A stretch of 32,000 nt of DNA, taken from positions 30,001 through 62,000 of the forward strand of contig NC_014972.1 in the NCBI RefSeq assembly GCF_000186885.1. The letters are read 5' to 3'. The notes under the pieces were generated by a model that saw only the letters and a program-made list of their open reading frames with translations, was not told where the DNA came from and did no database searches. Of this stretch, positions 9,646-17,736 are shown piece by piece. The DNA is from Desulfobulbus propionicus DSM 2032 (GTDB lineage: Bacteria > Desulfobacterota > Desulfobulbia > Desulfobulbales > Desulfobulbaceae). Numbering within the stretch: the stretch's first letter is position 1; each line of letters opens with the position of its first letter. A program made the position numbers and the translations under genes.

Positions 9646-10329
9646 ATGCTGACCCAATGCCCCAATTGCCAACAGTCGCTTCATTTCACCGACGAGCAGA
9701 TCAGCCGCCTCGAACAGGCGTTGTCGCAGCTTGTTTCAGGGAAATTGCTGACCATGAAGTGTCCCCTGTGCCGCGAGGCCATCGCCCTGGACAAGTCGGG
9801 GATGCCGCCGCAAGCTCCCGGCAAGAGGGTGCAGCCGCCTCAGCCGCCGAACCTCGACTGGTTGCAGACCGGCCTGTTCCAGGGTGAGGAAAAGGTCGAG
9901 GATGTTCCCATGGCTCTGGTCTTGCACCCGCCCGGCGAGCAGCGCACGCGCATCGGTGAGGCGCTGGAGGCCGTGGGGTACCAGGTCTTCCCGGCGGATA
10001 CGGTGACCGATGCCCTGGAGCGGATGCGGTTTGCCAATTTTTCCTGTGTTGTCTTTGATCCCAAGATGGAGGGCGGGCTGCACCAGGCCTCCTTTCACAC
10101 CTTCATGCGCCACCTGTCCATGGACCGCAGGCGCTATATCTTCTACATCCTCATTGGAGCGACCCTTCATACCCTCTACAACCTGGAAGCCCTGGCCTAC
10201 AGCGCCAACCTGACCGTCAATACCGCTGATCTGCCCCATCTCGATATCATCCTGCGCAAGGCCATCCCCGCCTACGAAGAGCTGTTCGGCCCCTTCCTGG
10301 AAGAGCTCAACGCCTACGGCAAGCGCTGA
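9646..10329 (+). CDS. Zinc-ribbon (MJ0042-like CPxC...CPxC) protein with Pro-rich linker and degenerate receiver-like C-terminal domain
   Basis: ATG 9646 is preceded by CAGGAG. N-terminus MLTQCPNCQQ...(30 residues)...KCPLCRE. Linker PPQAPGKRVQPPQPP. By manual alignment the C-terminal roughly 125 aa follow a CheY-like beta/alpha pattern (ALVLH..., SCVVFDPKM, IFYILIGA) but lack the acidic pair, the Thr/Ser and the Lys. Confidence 0.7.
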   Translation: MLTQCPNCQQSLHFTDEQISRLEQALSQLVSGKLLTMKCPLCREAIALDKSGMPPQAPGKRVQPPQPPNLDWLQTGLFQGEEKVEDVPMALVLHPPGEQRTRIGEALEAVGYQVFPADTVTDALERMRFANFSCVVFDPKMEGGLHQASFHTFMRHLSMDRRRYIFYILIGATLHTLYNLEALAYSANLTVNTADLPHLDIILRKAIPAYEELFGPFLEELNAYGKR

Positions 10330-10418
10330 GCACGGGGCCGGCCGGTTTTTCCCCCATTCGCGCGGTCGGCAAACCGGCTGGAGTAGGCAAAGAAATACCT
10401 TTTTTCAAGAGGAAACAG

Positions 10419-10447
10419 TTGTTTTTCAAAAAAAACTCTGGTAAATA
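10419..10447 (+). promoter_or_regulatory. Candidate sigma-70 promoter for rpsA (TTGTTT-N17-TAAATA with TG extended -10)
   Basis: -35 at 10419-10424, 17-nt spacer ending TGG, -10 TAAATA at 10442-10447. The predicted leader contains a perfect 8-bp-stem hairpin at 10468-10491 (GCGGAAAA...TTTTCCGC). Confidence 0.4.
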
Positions 10448-10541
10448 GACTAGCCTTAGTCCATAGAGCGGAAAAATCTCCCCTTTTCCGCCTTGTCAAC
10501 CACTTATCAAAGACCGTCTGCGGTCACCACAGGAACATTCC

Positions 10542-12275
10542 ATGACAAAAAACGGAACTCAACCCGCATTTGCGGCAGATGACACCAGCTTTGAGGAAAT
10601 GAGCTTTGCGGAGCTGTTTGAACAGGAAGACAACAACACCGTGATCAATGTCGGTGAGGTTGCCCTTGGCACCGTCGTTGGCTTGAGCAGCGACGCCGTG
10701 CTGATCGACGTTGGCGACAAGGCGGAGAGCTTCATTCCGCTCTCTGAATTCCGCCATGAGGATCCGGAACGGGAAATCAAGATCGGCGACCAGTTCGAAG
10801 TCTTTATCGAGAAACGCAAGGATGAAGGCGGCCTGCTGCTTTCCCGCGAAAAAGCCATTGCCATCAAAGTCTGGGAGCAGATTGCCAAGATTCAGGAGGA
10901 AGACGGGACAATTGAGGGCCGTATCGATAACCGGGTCAAGGGCGGCATGTCGGTTGATATCGGTGTACCGGCGTTTCTCCCCTATTCGCAGATCGATCTG
11001 CGCCCGGTCAAGGATCTGGACAGCCTGATCGGCCAGACCTTTGAGTTCAAGATTCTCAAGTTCAACCGCAAACGGAACAACGTGGTCATCTCCCGCCGCG
11101 CGATCCTCGAGAATCAGCGCACCGCCCTGCGCGAGCAGATGCGCACTTCCCTCCAGGAGGGCCAGATCATTCGCGGCGCCATCACCAACATCACCGACTA
11201 CGGTCTGTTCATCGACCTGGGCGGCATGGACGGCCTCTGCCACATCACCGATCTGTCATGGGGCCGGGTTTCCCACCCCTCCAAGCTGTACACGGTCGGC
11301 GAGGAAATCGAGGTCAAAATTCTCAAGTACGACAAGAACTCCGACCGTGTTTCCCTGGGTGTCAAGCAGCTCAAGTCCGATCCGTGGGAGCGCGTGCCCC
11401 AACAGTATGCGCCGGGTTCCCGCGTCAAGGGCAAGGTGGTTTCGATCACCGACTACGGTGTGTTTGTCGAGCTGGAAGAGGGCGTCGAGGGCTTGGTCCA
11501 CATCTCCGAGATGAGCTGGTCGAAGAAACCGCGCCATCCTTCCAAGATCGTCGGCGTGGGAGAGGAGATCGAGGTGCAGGTGCTCAAGGTCGAGGCCGAG
11601 ACCAAGCGGATCTCCCTGGGTATGAAGCAGCTGCAGCCCAATCCCTGGGATGTGGTGGAAGAGAGCTATCCGGTAGGTTCGGTCATCGAGGGTAAGATCA
11701 AGAATATCACCGACTTTGGTATTTTTATCGGGATCGAAGAGGGGATCGACGGCCTGATTCACGTGTCCGATCTGTCCTGGACCGAGCGGATCAAGCATCC
11801 GTCGGAGAAATACTCCAAGGGCGAGACCATCCAAGCGGTGGTGCTCAAGATCGACAAGGAAAACGAGCGTTTCTCCCTGGGCGTCAAACAGTTGGAGCCC
11901 GATCCCTGGCAGGCGGCCTCCAGCAACTATCCGATCGGTTCCACCGTTGAGGGAACCATCACCAACGTGACCGATTTCGGCGTTTTTGTCCAGCTGGAGG
12001 AAGGCATCGAAGGCTTGGTCCACGTGTCCGAGATCTCCAAGGACAAGGTCAAGACCCCGGTGGGCATGTTCAACGTCAACGATACCCTCAAGGCCATGGT
12101 GATCAACGTGTCCGCTGATGACCGCAAGATTGGTCTCTCGGTGAAGGCGTTGCAGGAGAAGGAAGACAACAACGGCGCCATTCCCGAGGAATATCTGCAA
12201 AAGGCGCAAAGCGGAGGTGCGTCGACCTTTGGCGACCTGCTGAAAGCAGCCGCGGGTGAGGATATCAACAAGTAA
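10542..12275 (+). CDS. rpsA: 30S ribosomal protein S1
   Basis: 577 aa with six S1 repeats, carrying recurrent G-x-(I/V)-x-x-I-T-D-(Y/F)-G-(L/V/I)-F-(I/V) blocks. Followed by ihfB as in the classical rpsA-ihfB arrangement. Confidence 0.97.
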   Translation: MTKNGTQPAFAADDTSFEEMSFAELFEQEDNNTVINVGEVALGTVVGLSSDAVLIDVGDKAESFIPLSEFRHEDPEREIKIGDQFEVFIEKRKDEGGLLLSREKAIAIKVWEQIAKIQEEDGTIEGRIDNRVKGGMSVDIGVPAFLPYSQIDLRPVKDLDSLIGQTFEFKILKFNRKRNNVVISRRAILENQRTALREQMRTSLQEGQIIRGAITNITDYGLFIDLGGMDGLCHITDLSWGRVSHPSKLYTVGEEIEVKILKYDKNSDRVSLGVKQLKSDPWERVPQQYAPGSRVKGKVVSITDYGVFVELEEGVEGLVHISEMSWSKKPRHPSKIVGVGEEIEVQVLKVEAETKRISLGMKQLQPNPWDVVEESYPVGSVIEGKIKNITDFGIFIGIEEGIDGLIHVSDLSWTERIKHPSEKYSKGETIQAVVLKIDKENERFSLGVKQLEPDPWQAASSNYPIGSTVEGTITNVTDFGVFVQLEEGIEGLVHVSEISKDKVKTPVGMFNVNDTLKAMVINVSADDRKIGLSVKALQEKEDNNGAIPEEYLQKAQSGGASTFGDLLKAAAGEDINK

Positions 12276-12307
12276 GACGTCAGTCTCTTGTTCGGCTGTA
12301 ACGCAAC

Positions 12308-12362
12308 GGGTGTTTCACCTGACCGAATAGGCAAAAAGGTAAGGTGAAACGCCCTTTCTATT
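12308..12362 (+). terminator. Hairpin plus U-rich tail between rpsA and ihfB (possible partial terminator or attenuator)
   Basis: GGGTGTTTCACCT (12308-12320) pairs with AGGTGAAACGCCC (12342-12354): 13 bp including one G-U pair, 21-nt loop, followed by TTTCTATT. A second 7-bp hairpin lies at 12370-12391. Confidence 0.35.
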
Positions 12363-12423
12363 ACCCGCAGCAAGCGGCGCGAGTCGCTTGCCGACATGCG
12401 GCTGGTTAAAAGGAATGCATATC

Positions 12424-12711
12424 ATGCTTAAGCGTGAATTGGTCAATCAAGTTTCCGAACAGCTTGGCGACTATTACAAACAGGATATAGCGCAAGCCGT
12501 GGAAATCATACTCGAAGAGATTTCGCAGGCGCTTGCCGAGGAGAGGAGGGTGGAAATCCGCGGGTTCGGCAGTTTTTCCGTGCGGACCCGAAAGCCGCGC
12601 ACCACCAAGAATCCGAAAACCGGCAAGATGATGAATATTCCCGCCCGCAAAACCTTGCACTTCACCATGAGCAAATCGCTCAAGGAAGTGCTGATCGACG
12701 AAGTCGAATAA
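12424..12711 (+). CDS. ihfB: Integration host factor subunit beta (HU/IHF family)
   Basis: RVEIRGFGSFSVRTRKPRTTKNPKTGKMM matches the IhfB arm region. 95 aa from ATG 12424; ATG 12415 is an alternative start. Position immediately after rpsA. Confidence 0.9.
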   Translation: MLKRELVNQVSEQLGDYYKQDIAQAVEIILEEISQALAEERRVEIRGFGSFSVRTRKPRTTKNPKTGKMMNIPARKTLHFTMSKSLKEVLIDEVE

Positions 12712-12733
12712 CGCGCAATTGTTGCATGGTGAC

Positions 12734-12769
12734 AAGACCGAACCCCGTTGGCGGGTTCGGTCTTTTTTT
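12734..12769 (+). terminator. Rho-independent terminator of rpsA-ihfB
   Basis: 11-bp GC-rich stem (AGACCGAACCC / GGGTTCGGTCT), 7-nt loop, then a run of seven T at 12762-12768, 23 nt after the ihfB stop. Confidence 0.85.
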
Positions 12770-12835
12770 ATTCAATAACGCACAAGCAGCTGGAGGCGTT
12801 TCCCCCAAGCGGGGAACCCGGCGGGAGAAGAAAGA

Positions 12836-13453
12836 TCAGAGAAAGGCGCTGATGTCGCCCCGCCCCTCGCGCAGCACCTCCGGCTGTTCGCTGAGCAGGG
12901 AAATGACCGAGGACGGCGCAGGAACGATCTCGCCGCTGTCAATGATCAGATCCACCTGCTTGCCGAAGAGGCGTTCGACATCCATGGCGGTACGAACCGG
13001 CTGGTCGTCGTCCTCGATCATGGCGCTGGTGTTGAGTACCGGGTTGCCCAGGAGTTCGAGCATTGCCAAGCAGACCGGATGGTTGGGGACGCGGATGCCC
13101 ACGGTTTTCTGCTTGGTGAGCATGATTTTCGGCACCATCTTGGTTCCGGACAGGACGAAGGTGTAGGGACCGGGCAAATTCTTGCGCATCAGCCGATAGG
13201 CGGTGTTGCCGACATGGCCATACTGGCTGATGTTGGTTAGCGAGGCGCACATGAAGCTGAAGGGCTTGTCCTTGGGGCGTCGTTTGATCTGATAGACCCG
13301 CTTGACCGCCTTTTGGTTGAAGATGTCGCAACCGACACCGTACATGGTGTCGGTGGGGTAGCAGATGACGCCGCCATGTTGGAGAATGTCCACCGCTTGG
13401 GCGATCAGACGCGGCTGCGGGTTGATGGGATTGATCTCGACAATTCGTGCCAT
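12836..13453 (-). CDS. tsaC: L-threonylcarbamoyladenylate synthase (YrdC/TsaC type, single domain)
   Basis: 205 aa. AVDILQHGGVICYPTDTMYGVGCD and IKRRPKDKPFSFM are YrdC-domain signatures. No recognisable Shine-Dalgarno sequence before ATG 13453. Confidence 0.9.
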   Translation of the reverse strand: MARIVEINPINPQPRLIAQAVDILQHGGVICYPTDTMYGVGCDIFNQKAVKRVYQIKRRPKDKPFSFMCASLTNISQYGHVGNTAYRLMRKNLPGPYTFVLSGTKMVPKIMLTKQKTVGIRVPNHPVCLAMLELLGNPVLNTSAMIEDDDQPVRTAMDVERLFGKQVDLIIDSGEIVPAPSSVISLLSEQPEVLREGRGDISAFL

Positions 13454-13478
13454 AGGAACAAGGAAGTATTCGTGGTCA

Positions 13479-13486
13479 AAAAGATG
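13479..13486. repeat. Left copy of 8-bp direct repeat AAAAGATG (putative target-site duplication)
   Basis: Exact 8-mer immediately outside the left inverted repeat. The identical 8-mer is at 13713-13720. Confidence 0.4.
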
Positions 13487-13712
13487 CGCGATCCGTGTTC
13501 CGCAGTGCGAGCCTTGGAGCGCATTGGTGACGGGAAATCAGCGAACCGGATACTTAAGCAGGAACGGCCGGAAAAGGCCATTGGTTTTTTCGCTCGCATG
13601 TATTTCATTTTAGATGCGAACATGCTAGAGAATAACTATTTTCCCAGCAACCCATTCACTTTTTCCAAAAACGGGCAGGGGACAATTCCCCAATTCGGAA
13701 CGGATCCCGCTT
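13487..13712. mobile_element. MITE-like non-autonomous insertion (about 226 bp) with imperfect terminal inverted repeats
   Basis: Left end (G)CGCGATCCGTGTTCCG (13486-13502) against right end CGGAACGGATCCCGC (13696-13710). 14 positions pair, with one mismatch and a 2-nt bulge. Flanked by exact AAAAGATG direct repeats. The right half is visibly more AT-rich than its surroundings. No transposase. Confidence 0.4.
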
Positions 13713-13720
13713 AAAAGATG
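13713..13720. repeat. Right copy of 8-bp direct repeat AAAAGATG
   Basis: Identical to 13479-13486. Lies 2 nt beyond the right inverted repeat. Confidence 0.4.
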
Positions 13721-13812
13721 ACTGCTGCTACGGCCTCAGTCAACCGTCCGATCGTCCATACCCTGCGGCAACGTCCCGCAGGCGCGACCAGACAATACAC
13801 ATACATGCATCA

Positions 13813-13840
13813 ACGGGACGGAGTTGCTTCCCGTGTTTTT
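13813..13840 (+). terminator. Terminator-like hairpin in the guaB leader (possible attenuator)
   Basis: ACGGGA (13813-13818) pairs with TCCCGT (13829-13834), 10-nt loop, followed by GTTTTT (13835-13840). Lies 24 nt upstream of the guaB ATG. An alternative pairing of 13814-13820 with CGTCCCG at 13772-13778 is possible. Confidence 0.3.
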
Positions 13841-13863
13841 ACTCCAGCAGACAAGGAGCGTAT

Positions 13864-15327
13864 ATGTTTCAGCAGACAATTCCCATGGCCCTCACCTTTG
13901 ACGATGTCCTCCTGGTGCCGGGCGCTTCCGAAGTTCTTCCCTCGGAGGTTTCCCTGAAAACCCGGCTCACGGACACCATCGATCTCCAGGCGCCGCTGCT
14001 CAGCGCGGCCATGGACACGGTCACCGAACACCAGACCGCCATAGCCATGGCCAGGGAGGGCGGGATCGGCATCATCCACAAGAACATGAGCATCGAACAG
14101 CAGGCCAAGGAGGTGGAACGGGTCAAGAAGTCCGAATCCGGCATGATCGCCGACCCGATCACCGTTTCCCCCTACCAGAGCGTGGCCGAGGTACAGCAGA
14201 TTATGCGCACCTACCGCATCTCCGGCCTGCCGGTCATCGACGGCGACAAGCTGGTGGGCATCGTCACCAACCGCGACCTGCGGTTCGTGTCCGACGACGG
14301 CCTGCGGGTCAACGACGTGATGACCAGCAAGAACCTGGTCACCGCGCCGGTGGGCATCGATCTGCCCCACTGCAAGGCCTTGTTGCACGAGCACCGCATC
14401 GAGAAACTGTTGATTGTCGACGACAACGGCCGGCTCAAGGGGTTGATCACCATCAAGGACATCGAGAAGATCAAGCAATACCCCAACGCGGCCAAGGATT
14501 CCATGGGCCGCCTGCTGGCCGGCGCTGCTCTGGGAGTAGGCCCCGATCTGCTGCCGCGCACCGAGGCCCTGGTCAAGGCCAAGGTCGACGTGGTGGTGCT
14601 CGATTCCGCCCACGGCCATTCCGCCGGCATCCTCCGTGCCCTGCAGGAGATCAAGGCCAGCTTCCCCGATCTGCCGGTGATCGCCGGCAATATCGCCACC
14701 GGCGAGGCCACCGAGGCAATGATCAAGGCCGGAGTCAACGGGGTCAAGGTGGGTGTTGGCCCGGGATCGATCTGCACCACCCGCATTGTCGCCGGCGTGG
14801 GCGTCCCGCAGTTGACCGCCCTGAAAAACTGCGTCGAGGCAGCTTCCAAACACGGTATTCCGGTGATCGCCGACGGCGGTATCAAGTTTTCCGGCGACAT
14901 CTGCAAGGCGCTCGGCATCGGCGCCCATTCGGTGATGATCGGCTCGCTCTTTGCCGGCACCGACGAGACTCCGGGCGAAACCTTCCTCTACCAGGGACGG
15001 AAATACAAGGGGTACCGGGGCATGGGATCGATCGGCGCCATGAAGGAGGGGTCCGGCGACCGGTATTTCCAGGACAGCCAGAGCAGCAAGCTGGTACCCG
15101 AGGGGATTGAGGGCAAGGTCCCCTACCGCGGTCCGATCTCGGAAATGATCTACCAGCTGCTCGGCGGCCTGCGATCCGGCATGGGATACACTGGCGCGGC
15201 CACCATCGAGGAGCTGCACCAGAAGGCCCGCTTTGTCCAGATCTCCACCGCCGGCCTGCGCGAGTCGCACGTCCACGATGTGATCATCACCAAAGAGGCA
15301 CCGAATTATCGAACCGAAGGGCTTTAA
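13864..15327 (+). CDS. guaB: IMP dehydrogenase
   Basis: 487 aa. AAGGAG Shine-Dalgarno sequence 5 nt upstream. [13 protein letters not shown]-terminus, tandem CBS region, catalytic loop [29 protein letters not shown]. Confidence 0.97.
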   Translation: MFQQTIPMALTFDDVLLVPGASEVLPSEVSLKTRLTDTIDLQAPLLSAAMDTVTEHQTAIAMAREGGIGIIHKNMSIEQQAKEVERVKKSESGMIADPITVSPYQSVAEVQQIMRTYRISGLPVIDGDKLVGIVTNRDLRFVSDDGLRVNDVMTSKNLVTAPVGIDLPHCKALLHEHRIEKLLIVDDNGRLKGLITIKDIEKIKQYPNAAKDSMGRLLAGAALGVGPDLLPRTEALVKAKVDVVVLDSAHGHSAGILRALQEIKASFPDLPVIAGNIATGEATEAMIKAGVNGVKVGVGPGSICTTRIVAGVGVPQLTALKNCVEAASKHGIPVIADGGIKFSGDICKALGIGAHSVMIGSLFAGTDETPGETFLYQGRKYKGYRGMGSIGAMKEGSGDRYFQDSQSSKLVPEGIEGKVPYRGPISEMIYQLLGGLRSGMGYTGAATIEELHQKARFVQISTAGLRESHVHDVIITKEAPNYRTEGL

Positions 15328-15359
15328 TTTTTCCACCAATCCCATCCGCATAGGCAGCC

Positions 15360-16910
15360 ATGTCCACCCACACGCAAAAAATCATCATCCTTGATTTCGG
15401 CTCGCAAACCACCCAGCTGATCGCCCGTCGCATCCGCGAGCAGAAGGTCTACAGTGAGATCCACCCCTACACCCTGCCCCTCGACAGGCTGGCGGCCTTG
15501 CGGCCCACCGGCATCGTCCTCTCCGGTGGCCCGGCCAGCGTTTACGACGACGATGCGCCGATCAGCGATCCCGGTGTCTTTGAACTCGGCGTGCCGGTGC
15601 TCGGTATCTGCTATGGCGCCCAACTGATGACCGTGCAACTGGGCGGCAGGGTGGAGCGGGCCGAGAAACGCGAATTCGGCAAGGCCCAGCTCAATATCGC
15701 ATACACCGGCGGTCTGTTCGCCGGCATGGAGGTCGCGCCGGCCCACTACCAGGTGTGGATGAGCCACGGAGACCGCATCGAGGAGTTGGCTCCGGGGTTC
15801 GTGGTCACCGCCACCAGCGGCCACTCCCCCTATGCCGCCATCCGCCACGGCGAGAACCCCTTTGTCGGCGTCCAGTTCCATCCGGAGGTGGCCCACACCC
15901 TGATTGGCACCGATGTGCTGCGCAACTTTATTTTCGGCCTGTGCGGCTGCCGCCCCGACTGGACCATGCACTCGTTCATCGACAGCACGGTGGCCGAGAT
16001 CCGCGCCAAGGTCGGGAGCGACCGGGTGATCTGCGCCCTGTCCGGCGGGGTCGACAGCTCGGTGGTCGCGGCCCTGGTGCACCGGGCCATCGGTGATCAG
16101 CTGACCTGCATCCATGTCAACAACGGCCTGATGCGTACCGGCGAGTCGGAAAGCGTGCTCCGCTTCTTCCGCGAGAAAACCAGCCTCACGGTCATCGATG
16201 TCGATGCCACCGAGTTTTTCCTCAACGCCCTGGACGGGGTGGCCGACCCCGAGGAGAAGCGCAAGCGCATCGGCTACGGTTTCATCGAGATCTTCGAGGC
16301 CGAGGCCAAGAAGCTGGGCAAGGTCCGGTACCTGGCCCAGGGCACCCTCTACCCGGATGTGATCGAATCGGTGGTCTTTCGCGGCAAGGCGCCGATCAAG
16401 TCGCACCACAACGTCGGCGGCCTGCCCGAGCGCATGCAGCTCGACCTCATCGAGCCTTTGCGGGAGCTGTTCAAGGACGAGGTGCGCGAGCTGGGGCTGG
16501 AGTTGGGCTTGCCCGAGGAGGCCATTTACCGCCAGCCATTCCCCGGTCCGGGGTTGGGTATTCGCATCATGGGGGCAATCAACGCCGAGCGGCTGCGCAT
16601 CCTTCGCCAGGCCGACGTGATCGTCCTGGAGGAGATGAAGGACGCCGGCTGGTACCGCAAGGTGTGGCAGTCGTTTGCCGTGCTCCTGCCGATCCAGACC
16701 GTGGGGGTCATGGGCGACGGCCGCACCTACGAGCACGTCATCGCCCTGCGCTGCGTGGATAGCCGGGATGCGATGACCGCCGATTGGTCGCAGTTGCCCT
16801 ACGATCTGCTCGGCCGTATTTCCAACCGGATCATCAATGAGGTCCGCGGTGTTAACCGGGTGGTCTACGACATCTCCTCCAAACCGCCGGCGACCATCGA
16901 GTGGGAGTGA
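15360..16910 (+). CDS. guaA: GMP synthase (glutamine-hydrolysing)
   Basis: 516 aa. GATase-1 domain ([11 protein letters not shown]), ATP-pyrophosphatase P-loop SGGVDSSV, C-terminus ending KPPATIEWE. Confidence 0.97.
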   Translation: MSTHTQKIIILDFGSQTTQLIARRIREQKVYSEIHPYTLPLDRLAALRPTGIVLSGGPASVYDDDAPISDPGVFELGVPVLGICYGAQLMTVQLGGRVERAEKREFGKAQLNIAYTGGLFAGMEVAPAHYQVWMSHGDRIEELAPGFVVTATSGHSPYAAIRHGENPFVGVQFHPEVAHTLIGTDVLRNFIFGLCGCRPDWTMHSFIDSTVAEIRAKVGSDRVICALSGGVDSSVVAALVHRAIGDQLTCIHVNNGLMRTGESESVLRFFREKTSLTVIDVDATEFFLNALDGVADPEEKRKRIGYGFIEIFEAEAKKLGKVRYLAQGTLYPDVIESVVFRGKAPIKSHHNVGGLPERMQLDLIEPLRELFKDEVRELGLELGLPEEAIYRQPFPGPGLGIRIMGAINAERLRILRQADVIVLEEMKDAGWYRKVWQSFAVLLPIQTVGVMGDGRTYEHVIALRCVDSRDAMTADWSQLPYDLLGRISNRIINEVRGVNRVVYDISSKPPATIEWE

Positions 16911-16954
16911 GCGGCAGGGAAAAAACACAACAACAATCTGCATTTACGTTTTAC

Positions 16955-17731
16955 ATGCTCAAAACAGCCATATACGTCGACGCGGAAAACATCAAGATGA
17001 GCGGCGGCTACGGCATGCGCTACGATGTGCTTGTCGACTTGGCCAACAACACCAATTCGGTGATGCTGCGGGCCAACTGCTATCTGGCCGAGGATCATGA
17101 ACGTACCCAGCGGGATGCGGAATATCGACAGAAGGTCTACTCCTATCACAACATCCTGCGCCAGTGCGGGTTCAAGATCATCAAGAAGTATGTCCGGCGG
17201 TTCAAGGACGAGGACGGCAACATCACCACCAAGGCCAACGCCGACATGGACCTGGCCATCGACGCCCTGCTGCAGGCACGCAATCTCGACCGCATCATCC
17301 TTCTCACCGGCGACGGCGATTTCCTCCGCCTGATCATCGCCCTGCAGAACATGGGCTGCCGGGTGGAGGTAATCGGGTTCCACAACGTCAACAAGGAACT
17401 GCGCGAGGTGGCCGATTCCTATATCTCCGGCTTTCTGGTCCCGGGCCTGCTGCCCATTGCCGGCAGTTACGGTGAAAACGGCGACAAGTGGCAGCGGGGC
17501 ACGGTGGCCAATTTCAACCAGGACCGGGGCTTTGGCTTTTTCCGCTACTACCGGTTGCTGAACAATGTTTTGCAGCCAGAAACCGTGTTTTTTCACCTGT
17601 CCAAGTCGACCTTGGCCTCCGACCATTTTTTTCAGGAACCCCATCGCATCTTCGAGTTCCGGGTGGTGGAAAACCCGGCCAACAACAACCGCTCCGAGGC
17701 CTGGGATATCCGACTGCTCAAGGAGGGCTGA
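16955..17731 (+). CDS. NYN (LabA/PIN-like) nuclease domain fused to a C-terminal cold-shock domain
   Basis: 258 aa from ATG 16955. NYN acidic motifs AIYVDAENI, NADMDLAIDAL and LLTGDGDF. C-terminal residues about 179-256 carry CSD RNP-like motifs RGFGFF and VFFHL. The upstream 18 codons of the track ORF overlap guaA. Confidence 0.8.
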   Translation: MLKTAIYVDAENIKMSGGYGMRYDVLVDLANNTNSVMLRANCYLAEDHERTQRDAEYRQKVYSYHNILRQCGFKIIKKYVRRFKDEDGNITTKANADMDLAIDALLQARNLDRIILLTGDGDFLRLIIALQNMGCRVEVIGFHNVNKELREVADSYISGFLVPGLLPIAGSYGENGDKWQRGTVANFNQDRGFGFFRYYRLLNNVLQPETVFFHLSKSTLASDHFFQEPHRIFEFRVVENPANNNRSEAWDIRLLKEG

Positions 17732-17736
17732 GAGGC

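Noticed and set aside
10331-10381. GC-rich palindrome GGCCGGCC followed by TTTTT, and an 8-11 bp long-range stem (GCCGGTTT...AAACCGGC) after the zinc-ribbon gene, considered as a terminator.
   Set aside because: The palindrome leaves no loop. The longer stem encloses a 22-nt loop and is not followed by a T-run. I therefore do not call it a canonical intrinsic terminator, though some termination here is plausible.
13472-13714. Possible 80-aa ORF (GTG 13472 after AAGGAAG; VVKKMRDPCSAVRALERIGDG...GTDPA) filling the tsaC-guaB gap.
   Set aside because: Its third-position GC content is well below that of neighbouring genes, and I recognise no domain. It is almost exactly coextensive with the inverted-repeat-bounded insertion, so it is more likely a chance frame in a MITE-like element. 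I cannot exclude that an annotator would call it hypothetical.
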